From Gammaproteobacteria bacterium (GTDB taxonomy: Bacteria; Pseudomonadota; Gammaproteobacteria; Ga0077536): a stretch of DNA of 64,000 nt. Of this stretch, positions 18,239-27,511 are shown one piece after another. The notes beneath the pieces are model-generated. The model was not told the origin of the DNA and did no database searches. It worked only from the letters and a program-made list of their open reading frames with translations. Each line of letters begins with the position of its first letter. Position 1 is the first letter of the stretch. Where the stretch lies: the NCBI GenBank assembly GCA_024235015.1, contig JACKNG010000001.1:77934-141933 (forward strand), written 5' to 3'. A program made the translations under genes and the position numbers.

Positions 18239-19111
18239 TCAGACGTCGAACTTGTACGTGTCCCCGTCTCGCACCAGGCGACCCGCCGTGGGACCGGCGA
18301 AGTGCGTGCCGATGATCAAGGTCGGCGTGTCGGCATACTCCTTGAATACGCGGCGGCGGGTAGCCACGGCGGCGTCGTTGTCGACGTCGAAGGGGCTGAC
18401 CAGGCCGGCATCCCAGAACTGGATCGGGTGATGGATGAAGTCGCCCGTGATCATGGCCGTCTCGCCCTTCGACTCGATCAGCACCGAGCAATGCCCCGGG
18501 GTGTGCCCGGGCGTCGGGATCAGGCGCACGTTGGTGCAGACGTCGCCCGGGCCGTCGATGGGCTTGGCGAGTCCCGCGTCGAGGATGGGCTGGATGGAGT
18601 CCGCCCACACCCGGTTCTGGATGTCGATGAAGTCCTCGCCGCTGTCCTTTGGCAGGTTGCCCCAGAACTCCTGGTCGCCCTTGCCCCACAGGTAGGACGC
18701 GTTGGGGAAGGTCGGCACCCACTTGCCATCCTTCTTGTAGGTGTTCCAGCCGACGTGGTCGAGGTGCAGGTGGGTGCACAGGACGTAGTCGATCTCCTCG
18801 GTCTTGAAGCCGGCCGCCTTGAAATCGTCCATGAAGCTCGTCTGCAGCATGTGCATGACTTCGAACGGGTTGCGGTCGCGCTCGTTACCGATGCAGGTGT
18901 CGACGACGAGCTTGTTGTTCGGCGTTTCGATGACCAGCATGTGGATGCTCAGGCTCAGCGCGCCTTCCGGGGTGACGAAGTGCGGGAACAGCCACGGCAC
19001 CTGCTTGACCACGTCGGGCGTGGCGGCCGGGATGACGTCGGAGAATTCCGGGTACTCGATTTCGCGGATGCGCGTGATGGTGCAATCGCCGATTTTCCAC
19101 TTCAGATTCAT
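18239..19111 (-). CDS. MBL-fold metallo-hydrolase (AHL-lactonase-like)
   Basis: 290 aa with the HLHLDHVG zinc-binding motif and downstream H and D ligands (TPGHTPGH, GDFIHH). Confidence 0.8.
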   Translation of the reverse strand: MNLKWKIGDCTITRIREIEYPEFSDVIPAATPDVVKQVPWLFPHFVTPEGALSLSIHMLVIETPNNKLVVDTCIGNERDRNPFEVMHMLQTSFMDDFKAAGFKTEEIDYVLCTHLHLDHVGWNTYKKDGKWVPTFPNASYLWGKGDQEFWGNLPKDSGEDFIDIQNRVWADSIQPILDAGLAKPIDGPGDVCTNVRLIPTPGHTPGHCSVLIESKGETAMITGDFIHHPIQFWDAGLVSPFDVDNDAAVATRRRVFKEYADTPTLIIGTHFAGPTAGRLVRDGDTYKFDV

Positions 19112-19141
19112 GCGTTGTTTCTCCCCTGAGTTTGACGCTGT

Positions 19142-20182
19142 TTACAGGATGTTTTCCGCGACGACGCGCAACTCGTCTGCGCTGTTCGCCGAGATGACCA
19201 TGGTGCCGACCTCCCCGCGCGCGCCGGCGGCCTTCCAGCGCGCGAGCTGCTCCTTGATGTGCGCTTCCGGGCCGACCAGGCAGACTTCGTCGACGTAGGC
19301 ATCGGGTACCGCGGCGGCGGCTTCGTCCTTCTTGCCGGCGAGGTAGAGATCCTGGATCTCGACCGCCGCCGCCTCGTAGCCGAGGCGCTTGGTGTAGTCA
19401 TTGTAGAAATTCTTCTCGCGCGCACCCATGCCGCCGATGTAGAGCGCGAGGTGATGCTTCATCTGCTCGCGGCACTTGGCGATGTCCGGCCCCATGGCCA
19501 TGCGCACGAACGGCGCGAAATCGAAATCGGCCCGCGTACGGCCGTCGTTGGCCTTGGCGATGCCGGCATCGATGGCCGGCGCGAAGACGTCGGCGCGATC
19601 GGGGTTGGCCCAGATCATGAAGCAGCCATTGGCGATCTCGGCAGCGAGTTCGACGCCCTTCTGGGTCGCGACGCCGGTGTAGATCGGGATGTCCGGGTTG
19701 CCGTGCAGGATGCTCTTCAGCGGCTTGCCCAGGCCCATGCTGCCCGGGCCCTTGTACGGGATCTGGTAGTGCTCGCCCTCGTGGGTGAGCGGCGCTTCAC
19801 GCTTGAAGATCTTGCGCATGATCGAGATGTACTCGCGGGTACGCAGCAGCGGTTTGCCATAGGGCTGGCCGTACCAGCCTTCGATGACCTGCGGACCGGA
19901 CGGCCCGATGCCGAGCAGGAAGCGCCCGCCGGAGAGCTGGTCGAGGGTCATCGCGGTCATCGCGGTCATCGACGGGGTGCGCGCGGCCATCTGCATGATG
20001 GCGGTGCCGGCGCGGATCTTCGTCGTCTGCGCCAGCACCCAGGCCACCGGGGTGACGGCGTCCGAGCCCCAGGCCTCGGCGCTCCACGCCGAGTCGTAGC
20101 CGAGCGCTTCCGCTGCCTTGATGAGATCCATCGGGATTTTCACGTGTGCGCCCGAGTAGCCGAAGACCATGCCGAGTTTCAT
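19142..20182 (-). CDS. LLM-class (luciferase-like) oxidoreductase of the F420-dependent type
   Basis: 346 aa from [19 protein letters not shown]...; the 32-aa extension in the track is unsupported. It is a paralogue (~55% identity by eye) of the 47378..48418 gene. Confidence 0.8.
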   Translation of the reverse strand: MKLGMVFGYSGAHVKIPMDLIKAAEALGYDSAWSAEAWGSDAVTPVAWVLAQTTKIRAGTAIMQMAARTPSMTAMTAMTLDQLSGGRFLLGIGPSGPQVIEGWYGQPYGKPLLRTREYISIMRKIFKREAPLTHEGEHYQIPYKGPGSMGLGKPLKSILHGNPDIPIYTGVATQKGVELAAEIANGCFMIWANPDRADVFAPAIDAGIAKANDGRTRADFDFAPFVRMAMGPDIAKCREQMKHHLALYIGGMGAREKNFYNDYTKRLGYEAAAVEIQDLYLAGKKDEAAAAVPDAYVDEVCLVGPEAHIKEQLARWKAAGARGEVGTMVISANSADELRVVAENIL

Positions 20183-20439
20183 CGTCGCTCCTGGTGTGGT
20201 GAGCCGTGCGTTGGAGGTCGGGAGGATAGTCGAGCCGCGCCGGCTTGGCGACACGTCGGCGCGTCGCCCGTCGATCACGCGCCGTGCACACCATCGCCCT
20301 GGCCGCGCCGCACGCGGGCAATCTGCCCGGCACCGAGCGGGTGCCGCGCCCTGTCGGTGGCGCGGTCGCGCTCGCTAGCGTGTGGTCCCTGCTGTGCCAC
20401 GCATTCGTGGCCAGCGCTCTTATCCGGGAGACACGCCGC

Positions 20440-21696
20440 ATGCGCCACCACCAGCACGACCACGATTCCACCGACGCGCCCGTCGATGCGCAGACACCGC
20501 CGGATCACCGGCCCGGCAGCGTGTCGCGGCGCGACGTCCTGCGCGGGCTCGCCGCGCTCGGTCTGAGCGGGCCCGCGGCCCTCGCCGCCCTGCGCAGCGG
20601 CGACGCCGCCGCCGACCACGCCCTGCTCGACCGCGGCGAATTCGAAGCGGGTTTCGCACGCCTGCTCGACGCGGCGCCGCTCGCCGGTCTCGCCCGCCAC
20701 CAGACCTTCGAGATCCTGCCGGCCGACCTGCCGTGGAAGCCGCTCGAGGTCGAGCTGCGCGCCGGCCAGGCCGCGACCGTGCTGCTCAGCGGACGCTGGT
20801 GGCTGGTGGAGGATCTCGACGTGTGGGTCGAACCCGGGCTCGCCTTCTTCGCCCGTGTCGGCGAGCGCAATCCGGTCTACAACCCGCAGAAGAACACCGG
20901 CACCTTCACCGCCGCCCACGGCGGCCGCGTCGCGGTCGCGCGTGCCATCGGCGAGTGGGCCGACAGCCGGGCCGAGACGGTCGCCACGCCGGCGGAAGTC
21001 TACACGGCGGCGAAAGGTGCGATTCGCGGCGTGCTGCTGGTGTGGGACGGCGACCCGCTGAGCGGTCTCGAAGCACTGCGCCAGCGTGGCGACGTCGGCG
21101 GGCTGGTCGCTGCCGAGATCACCCGTTTGCGCACCGAACCACCCCCGCCGGCCGGCTGGCAGCCGATGTACGTGACCGGCAACGCGGGCATCTACTCGAC
21201 CTGCGCGCCGGGGCAGATCTGCTGCCACAGTCACAAGAATGCCTGCCTGCTGACCCGCGACGTCGACCTGCCGCTGGCCGCGGGCGCGCGGCTCGACTGG
21301 CGCTGGGCGGTCGAGGAATTACCCTCGGCGCGTGCCGAAGACGCGCTGCTCGCCCACGACTATCTCTCCATCGCGGTCGAGTTCGACGATGGCCAGGATC
21401 TCACTTACATGTGGAGCGTCGACCTGCCGGTCGGCCACGTCTTCCGCTGCCCGATCCCGAGCTGGCAGGCCATCGAGACGCACATGGTGGTGCGCTCGGG
21501 GCGGCAGGAACTCGGTCGCTGGCTGGCCGAATCGCGCGACGTTCACGCCGACTACCACGCCCACATCGGCGGTCCGGCGACGCGCATCGTCAAGGTCTGG
21601 CTGATCGCGCTGTCGTTCTTCCAGCGCGGTACCGGGCGGGCGCGCTATGCCGACATCGTGGTCAGCAGCGATGGTGCCGAGCGGCACCTGAGCTGA
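20440..21696 (+). CDS. Tat-secreted uncharacterized conserved protein (paralogue A of a two-member in-window family)
   Basis: Start MRHHQHDHDSTDAPVDAQTPPDHRPGSVSRRDVLRGLAALGLSG carries a twin-arginine motif and follows a GGGAGA RBS. About 350 aa are collinear with the 37272..38339 protein (for example PPPPAGWQPMYVTGNAGIYSTCAPGQICCHSH, LDWRWAVEELPSARAED, LAHDYLSIAVEFDDGQDLTYMWS). No confidently assignable domain; it is possibly DUF3047-like. Confidence 0.6.
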   Translation: MRHHQHDHDSTDAPVDAQTPPDHRPGSVSRRDVLRGLAALGLSGPAALAALRSGDAAADHALLDRGEFEAGFARLLDAAPLAGLARHQTFEILPADLPWKPLEVELRAGQAATVLLSGRWWLVEDLDVWVEPGLAFFARVGERNPVYNPQKNTGTFTAAHGGRVAVARAIGEWADSRAETVATPAEVYTAAKGAIRGVLLVWDGDPLSGLEALRQRGDVGGLVAAEITRLRTEPPPPAGWQPMYVTGNAGIYSTCAPGQICCHSHKNACLLTRDVDLPLAAGARLDWRWAVEELPSARAEDALLAHDYLSIAVEFDDGQDLTYMWSVDLPVGHVFRCPIPSWQAIETHMVVRSGRQELGRWLAESRDVHADYHAHIGGPATRIVKVWLIALSFFQRGTGRARYADIVVSSDGAERHLS

Positions 21697-21752
21697 CGCT
21701 GGGCGCCCTCCGGCCGGGGGCGGTCCAGCCCCGGCCGGTGCGGCGTTCCGCC

Positions 21753-22775
21753 TCAGCGGACCTCGTCGAGGATCTCGCCGAAGGCCTCCACGACTTCGAG
21801 ACATTCGGTCCGCGAGGGATAGGGCTGGCCGGGGTTGACCGGGTTACGCGTGCGGATGCACAGCCAGTCGGGATTGACCTTCTCCTTCATCTCGCCGAGG
21901 CGGTCGATCCATTTCTGCCGGTTGCCGAGGCACAGGAACATGTTCTCGATCTGGTCGAGCATGTCGGTCGCCTCGGCGTCGGGTGACAGGCCCTTCTCGG
22001 CGTAGAAGCTCCACTCGCGGACCCAGCGGTGACCGTGCTTTTGGCGCACCCCGGGGTCGTCGGACAACCAGCCCTCGAAGCCGATGGTGATCTGGAAATC
22101 GTCCTTGTTCCGCGCCGCGGCGCGCTCGCGCATGGACTGCGCGGCCGGGGCCAGTTCGTCCAGCGCCGGCGGGAACCACAGGCACCAGCCCTCGTAGTTC
22201 AGCGCGCGCTCCATGGCCTTGGGCGCGAATGCGCCGATCCAGATCGGCGGACGCGGTTTCTGGTAGGGATGCGGCAGCAGGCGCACCCCTTCGTAATGGT
22301 AGAACTCGCCGGCGTAGTTGAACTCGTCCTCGGTCCAGGCGCCGACGATGCAGTCCATGACTTCCTCGAAGCGCTTGCCGCGCTTGTCGAAAGGCACACC
22401 GAAGCAACGGAAATAGTCCTCGTGGTAGCCGACGCCGGCGCCGAAGACCAGCCGCCCGCGCGACAGGTTGTCGACCGCGGCGAGGCTCTCGGCGAGATGG
22501 ATGGGGTGGTGAAAGGTCGGCTGGATGACGGTCGAGGCGAGCTGCACCCGCTCGGTCACCGCCGCCAGCACCGCCAGCAGCGACGTCGCGTTCGGCCACC
22601 AGGTCTCCGGGCGCTGATGCCGCTCGGGGATCCAGAGGCCATCGAAACCGACCTTCTCCGCCAGTCTGGCCTCGGCGATACAGTGATCCATGGCGTCGGC
22701 GACCGCGTCGGGGGCGGGCGTTTCCACCTGGTCGTAGACGCCGAAATGGGTGTCGGGCATGAAGGCGATCTTCAT
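21753..22775 (-). CDS. LLM-class flavin-dependent oxidoreductase
   Basis: 340 aa from MKIAFMPDTHFGVYDQVE... with the luciferase-like TIM-barrel signature; RBS before the ATG at 22775. The 189-aa extension in the track is junk. Confidence 0.8.
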   Translation of the reverse strand: MKIAFMPDTHFGVYDQVETPAPDAVADAMDHCIAEARLAEKVGFDGLWIPERHQRPETWWPNATSLLAVLAAVTERVQLASTVIQPTFHHPIHLAESLAAVDNLSRGRLVFGAGVGYHEDYFRCFGVPFDKRGKRFEEVMDCIVGAWTEDEFNYAGEFYHYEGVRLLPHPYQKPRPPIWIGAFAPKAMERALNYEGWCLWFPPALDELAPAAQSMRERAAARNKDDFQITIGFEGWLSDDPGVRQKHGHRWVREWSFYAEKGLSPDAEATDMLDQIENMFLCLGNRQKWIDRLGEMKEKVNPDWLCIRTRNPVNPGQPYPSRTECLEVVEAFGEILDEVR

Positions 22776-22902
22776 CGTCGGTTCTCCGCGGACTGTGGGC
22801 GACGGGCGGATGGCGGCAGGCTGGTCGCGCCGCCACGCTCTGCGCGGCACGTTAGCCGCGCAACGCCGGGCGCACAAGGCAGCGGCCTGCCGGCCGGCGG
22901 GA

Positions 22903-23421
22903 TCAGTCCGAGGCGGCCCGCGCCGCGCCGTGACGGGCGGCGAGGATGGAGTGCAGGCGCGCGCTGCCGGGGGCGAACTGGTAGCGCTGCGGGAAGGCCC
23001 GCCAGGCGCGTGCCCAGGCCGCGGCGCGGCTTCCTTCGCCGACCGGCAGGTCGACGCTGTCGAAGCCGCAGCCGACGAGTTGCTGCGCCTGGTCGGGCAT
23101 GAGTGGCCCGCGCGCGCGAAGTTCGCCGGCGAAACCGGCGCACCGCAGTGCATGACCGACGGAGAAGCCGCGGCCATCGCCGACGTCGGCGAAGCCGACT
23201 TCGACCAGCCCGAGTCGCGGTAACCAGTCCAGCAGGCCGTCGACCAGCGGCGGGGTCTCGAGCGCGACGCCGAGCGGCCGCGGCCAGGCCGTCGTAGCCA
23301 TCGCGGCAGGCAGGGCCGTCGCCGGCACGATGACGTGGCCAAGATCTTCTACAGCGTCGGGCCAGTCGACGAGCCGGCGCCAGGAGTCGGCGCCGAGGCG
23401 GCCCTCAACGATCAAGGGCAC
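22903..23421 (-). CDS. DUF934 protein (sulfite-reductase-associated)
   Basis: A GTG start at 23421 with a GGGAGG RBS gives MPLIVEGRLGADSWRRL... (172 aa). It overlaps the cysI stop by 17 nt; the gene order cysI-DUF934 is conserved in pseudomonads. Confidence 0.65.
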   Translation of the reverse strand: MPLIVEGRLGADSWRRLVDWPDAVEDLGHVIVPATALPAAMATTAWPRPLGVALETPPLVDGLLDWLPRLGLVEVGFADVGDGRGFSVGHALRCAGFAGELRARGPLMPDQAQQLVGCGFDSVDLPVGEGSRAAAWARAWRAFPQRYQFAPGSARLHSILAARHGAARAASD

Positions 23422-25066
23422 GGCAGGCCTCCCGGAACGCGTCGACGCCGAGCCGCCGCACGGTATCGAGGAAGTGCTCGCCACGACGGCGCTCACGCCG
23501 GTAGTGGGCGACAAGTTCGTCGATCGCCTCGAGCGCGGTCTCGGCCTCCACGGCACGGCCGAGACGCTCACCGATCGCCGCGTCGTCCCCGGCAGCGCCG
23601 CCGAGGGTGAGCTGGTAGTACTCGCGGCCGCCCTTCTCCACGCCGAGGATGCCGATGTTGGCGGCGTGGTGGTGGGCGCAGGCATTGACGCAGCCCGAGA
23701 TGCGGATCGCGAGCGGACCGATGTCGCCGGCTTCCCGCTCGTCGTCGAAACGCGCGGCGAGGCGTCGCGCGAGCGGGATCGAGCGGGCGTTGGCGAGGTT
23801 GCAGTAGTCGAGCCCGGGGCAGGCGACGACGTCGCTCGCGCAGTCGAGGTTCGCCCGGGCCAGCCCGCGCGCGACCAGCGCCTGCCACAGCGCGGCCAGG
23901 TCGCAGCGTCTCACGTGCGGCAACACCACGTTCTGCGTGTGCGTGACGCGCAGCTCGCCGGCCGAGTAGCGCCCGACGAGATCGGCGAGCAGGCGCATGT
24001 CGTCAGCGCTCGCGTCGCCCGGTGCGGCGCCCGGCTGCTTGAGGGTCACGACGACGATGGCGTGGGTGTCGAGGCGGTGGCGCAGGACGTTACGGCGCAG
24101 CCAGCGCCGGTGCGCCGCGTCGTCGGCGATCTGAATCCCGACGTCGCCGGTGTTCGCACTTGCGTGGAACACCGCGGGCGGCAGCGCGAAAGCCGCCGCG
24201 ATGCGCTCGAGCTCGGCGCCGACGAGGGCGAACCGATCGCGCGGGGTGGCGGCGAACTCGCGTTCGACCTCGGCACGGAACGCTTCGAGGCCGAGCGCCT
24301 GGACGAGGATCTTGATGCGCGCCTTGTACTTGTTGTCGCGCCGCCCGTGCAGGTTGTACACGCGCAGGATCGCTTCGAGGTAGGGCAGCAACTGCTCGAG
24401 CTCGAGGCCGGGGTGGAGGGGCTCGGCGATGACCGGCGTACGGCCCTGCCCGCCGCCGACACTGACGGCATAACGCGGCTCACCGTCGGCGCCGGCGACG
24501 ATACGCACGGCGAGATCGTGGAACTGCAGCGCGGCGCGGTCGGCAGCGGCGCCGCTCAGCGCGAGCTTGAACTTGCGCGGCAGGAAAGCGAATTCCGGGT
24601 GCAGGGTCGACCACTGGCGCAGCAGCTCGGCGAGCGGGCGCGGGTCGCGGTACTCGTCCGCGGCGACCCCAGCGTAAGCGTCGCAGGTGATGTTGCGGAT
24701 GCAATTGCCGGAGGTCTGGATGGCGTGCATGTCGAGCGCCGCGAGGTCGGCGAGCAGGTCCGGCACGCGCTCGAGTTCCAGCCAGTTGAACTGGACGTTC
24801 TGGCGCGTGGTGAAGTGACCGTAGCCGCGGTCGTAGCGCTCGGCGATGGTGGCGAGACCCGCCAGCTGGCGTGCGCTCAGGGTGCCGTAGGGGATGGCGA
24901 CCCGCAGCATGTAGGCATGGCGCTGGCGATAGAGCCCGTTCTGCAGGCGCAGCGGTGCGAACTCCTCCTCGCTCAGGTAGCCCGCGAGGTAGCGCGCGAC
25001 CTGGTCGCGGAACTGGCCGACGCGTTCGTTGATCAGGGCACGGTCGAAATCGTCGTAGCGGTACAT
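23405..25066 (-). CDS. cysI: Sulfite reductase (NADPH/ferredoxin) hemoprotein beta-component
   Basis: 553 aa with a MYRYDDFDRALINERV... N-terminus and nitrite/sulfite reductase 4Fe-4S/sirohaem motifs (CPGLDYC, CVNACAHH). Confidence 0.85.
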   Translation of the reverse strand: MYRYDDFDRALINERVGQFRDQVARYLAGYLSEEEFAPLRLQNGLYRQRHAYMLRVAIPYGTLSARQLAGLATIAERYDRGYGHFTTRQNVQFNWLELERVPDLLADLAALDMHAIQTSGNCIRNITCDAYAGVAADEYRDPRPLAELLRQWSTLHPEFAFLPRKFKLALSGAAADRAALQFHDLAVRIVAGADGEPRYAVSVGGGQGRTPVIAEPLHPGLELEQLLPYLEAILRVYNLHGRRDNKYKARIKILVQALGLEAFRAEVEREFAATPRDRFALVGAELERIAAAFALPPAVFHASANTGDVGIQIADDAAHRRWLRRNVLRHRLDTHAIVVVTLKQPGAAPGDASADDMRLLADLVGRYSAGELRVTHTQNVVLPHVRRCDLAALWQALVARGLARANLDCASDVVACPGLDYCNLANARSIPLARRLAARFDDEREAGDIGPLAIRISGCVNACAHHHAANIGILGVEKGGREYYQLTLGGAAGDDAAIGERLGRAVEAETALEAIDELVAHYRRERRRGEHFLDTVRRLGVDAFREACRALDR

Positions 25067-25067
25067 G

Positions 25068-26474
25068 TCACACCGCCACGGCGTCGGGCAGGCTGGCCGT
25101 GGTCACGGCCGCCGCGTCACGCGGATGCAGGCCGAGCAGGATCACGGCGGGCCCGCTCGGCGCATGCCGGCGCAGGGTGCTCGTCAGCGTGGCCAGGGTG
25201 CAGGCCTGCACGCGCTCGCCGGCTTGCCCGACGGCCTCGACGATGGTCACCGGGGTGTTCGCATGGGCGCCGTGCAGGAGCAGCCGGCCCTGTACGAAGT
25301 GCGCTGCGCGCACCCCCATGTAGATGGCCGCCACCGCGCCCGCACGGGCCAGCCGGCGCCAGTCCTGCTCGGCATAGCCGCGGGTGTCGTGGCCGCTGAC
25401 GATGGCGAGCGCGCTGTTGCGCCCGCGCCGGGTGAGCGAGGCGCCGATGCGTGCAGCCGCGGCGGCAGCCGCGGTGATGCCGGGGACGACTTCGTAGTCC
25501 ACGCCTGCCGCCACCAGGGCGTCGAGCTCCTCGTCGGCGCGGCCGAAGACCATCGGGTCGCCTGATTTCAGCCTGACCACCTGCAGGCCGGCCCGGGCCT
25601 CACGGATCAGGCGTTCGTTGATGGACCGTTGCGCCGGGCTCGGCAGCCCGGCGCGCTTGCCGACGTCGACGATGCGTGCGTCGCGCCGCGCGAGGTCGAG
25701 GATGCGGCGGTCGACGAGGCCGTCGATGAGTACCACGTCGGCCTGTTCGAGCCGGGCGCGGGCGCGTTCGGTGAGCAGCTCGGGATCGCCCGGCCCGGCG
25801 CCGACCAGGCTCACCCTGCCCCGCGCGGCGAACATTACCGCGGCGCCGTCGCGACGCAGCGCGTCGTGCAGCAGGCGCCGGGCCTGTTCCGCACCCTGAT
25901 CCCGGAGCAGGCGGGCGCCGTCGTGGGCGAACAGCCGTGCCCAGAAACGCCGCCGTGCGGCCGGCGCGAGCGTGCTGCGCACCACCGGCCGCAGCGCGCC
26001 GGCGAGACGGGCCAGCGCAGCGGTCTCGGGCCCGAGCAGTTTCTCGATGCGCGACTTGAGGTGCCGGACCAGGGTCGGCGCTGCACCCTCGCTGCCGATG
26101 GCGACCACGACCGGGGCACGATCGACGATGGCCGGCGAGACGAAATCGGACGCCGCCGCGTCGTCGACGGTGTTGCACAGGACGCCGAGCCGTGTGCAGC
26201 GCGCGCGCAGTCCTCGCTGTGCGGGGAGCGCGGCACCGGCCAGGTAGACCAGGCGCGAACGCTGCAGCGCGTCGTCGTCGGGCAGGCCTGCGTGCAGGGC
26301 GATGCGCCCGTCGCACGCCAGCGCCACGAGCTCGCGGTCGGCCTGCGCGGTGTAGACCACGAGCTGCGCCGGAGTCTTGAGCAGGTGATGCAGCTTGGCG
26401 TGCAGCGGCACGCCCGCGCCGACCAGGCAGACTCGTGCATCGCGCAGGTCGAGGTAGATGGGGAGGTAGTTCAT
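25068..26474 (-). CDS. cysG: Siroheme synthase (precorrin-2 dehydrogenase/ferrochelatase + uroporphyrinogen-III C-methyltransferase)
   Basis: 468 aa from MNYLPIYLDLRDARVCLVGAGV (Rossmann), with a C-terminal SAM methyltransferase domain (VSLVGAGPGDPELLT...). The start at 26474 has a GGGAGG RBS; the upstream extension in the track is not supported. Confidence 0.85.
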   Translation of the reverse strand: MNYLPIYLDLRDARVCLVGAGVPLHAKLHHLLKTPAQLVVYTAQADRELVALACDGRIALHAGLPDDDALQRSRLVYLAGAALPAQRGLRARCTRLGVLCNTVDDAAASDFVSPAIVDRAPVVVAIGSEGAAPTLVRHLKSRIEKLLGPETAALARLAGALRPVVRSTLAPAARRRFWARLFAHDGARLLRDQGAEQARRLLHDALRRDGAAVMFAARGRVSLVGAGPGDPELLTERARARLEQADVVLIDGLVDRRILDLARRDARIVDVGKRAGLPSPAQRSINERLIREARAGLQVVRLKSGDPMVFGRADEELDALVAAGVDYEVVPGITAAAAAAARIGASLTRRGRNSALAIVSGHDTRGYAEQDWRRLARAGAVAAIYMGVRAAHFVQGRLLLHGAHANTPVTIVEAVGQAGERVQACTLATLTSTLRRHAPSGPAVILLGLHPRDAAAVTTASLPDAVAV

Positions 26475-26494
26475 GCGGTTGGCTCGTGTCGAGG

Positions 26495-27142
26495 TCACTG
26501 TTGCTGTTGCAGCCCGCACTCGAGTGTGCTGCCGGGCTTGGTCGGGTCGACGTAATCGTGGTTGTCCGGCAGCGCGTGGCGGGCCAGGTAGCCTGCGACG
26601 TCGGCGTCCGTCCACTCGAACAGCGGCGCCAGGCGGGTCACCCCGCCATAACCGCGCGAGCGGATGCCCAGAGTGTCGCGGTAGGCGGTCTGGCCGCGGC
26701 GGATGCCGGTCAGCCACAGGTCGGGGTGCAGTTCGTCGAAGGCGCGACGGAAGGGTTCGAGCTTGAAGTCCTCGACGAAACGTTCGAACGTCGCCTCACC
26801 GGGGCGCGGGGGGGGGCCGTGCAGCGCCACCCAGCGCGCCGGGCTGACGCGTGGCATGCAGGTTTTCAGCGCAAGGCCCAGGCGGGCTTCGAGCGCCGCG
26901 GCGTAGCGGTAGGTGGTCGTGGTGTTGTAACCGGTGTCGACCCAGATCACCGGGATTCCCCGGCGCACGCGCTGCACGAGGTGCAACAACGCCACCGCGC
27001 CGGGACGGAAGTTGGTGGTCAGAACGGGCCGCCGGGCGTGTTCGAGGGCGGCGCGGACGAGGGCCAGCGCAGTGCGCTCGCGGGTGTCGCCGGTGATGGC
27101 CGGCGGCCTGGCCGGAGATGGATGATCGAGGGTGCCCTGCAT
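26495..27142 (-). CDS. cysH: Phosphoadenosine phosphosulfate (PAPS) reductase
   Basis: 215 aa, PAPS reductase family with a C-terminal ECGLQ motif (the ECGLH catalytic-Cys region) and no Fe-S Cys cluster, so the PAPS rather than the APS type. Confidence 0.8.
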   Translation of the reverse strand: MQGTLDHPSPARPPAITGDTRERTALALVRAALEHARRPVLTTNFRPGAVALLHLVQRVRRGIPVIWVDTGYNTTTTYRYAAALEARLGLALKTCMPRVSPARWVALHGPPPRPGEATFERFVEDFKLEPFRRAFDELHPDLWLTGIRRGQTAYRDTLGIRSRGYGGVTRLAPLFEWTDADVAGYLARHALPDNHDYVDPTKPGSTLECGLQQQQ

Positions 27143-27180
27143 GGCGGCTGACCTGACTGCTATCGCAATGGCCGTGCATC

Positions 27181-27250
27181 CTGCCCATCGAGTTTAATTC
27201 CGTAAAAGAATATTAAAAAATATATTTATTCCATAAAGTCGATAACGACG
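27181..27250. promoter_or_regulatory. Sharply AT-rich segment inside the 369-bp divergent intergenic region (cysH operon and acx-like operon promoters)
   Basis: ttaattccgtaaaagaatattaaaaaatatatttattccataaagtcgataa (~20% GC in a 68% GC genome), followed by the palindrome GACGCGCC-N8-GGCGCGTC at ~27245. Confidence 0.5.
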
Positions 27251-27511
27251 CGCCTTGCCCGTGGCGCGTCACGCCGGTCGCGGCGTTGTCAGGGGCGCCG
27301 TCACTACCCGCCCCGGGGTGCCGTGCGCATACCGGTGCACGTGCTTTCGATGGCCCGCGTGAACGCCGGCGCAGGCGCGTGACCGGGCGGGGTTTGCCCG
27401 CGGCTGGCCAAGTTGCCTTTTATCAGGCGAGTCCCTAGGCTTGCGGCGGTTCGACGGCGTACGTCGCGGCGGCAAAGAGGTCCGTCCCGCGACCCTTGAG
27501 GGAGGACATCC

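Noticed and set aside
27420-27445. sigma54-like promoter TGGCCAAGTTGCC upstream of the acx-like operon (AcxR-type control expected for acetone carboxylases)
   Set aside because: The GG-to-GC spacing is 9 rather than the canonical 12, and no enhancer-binding protein gene is nearby.
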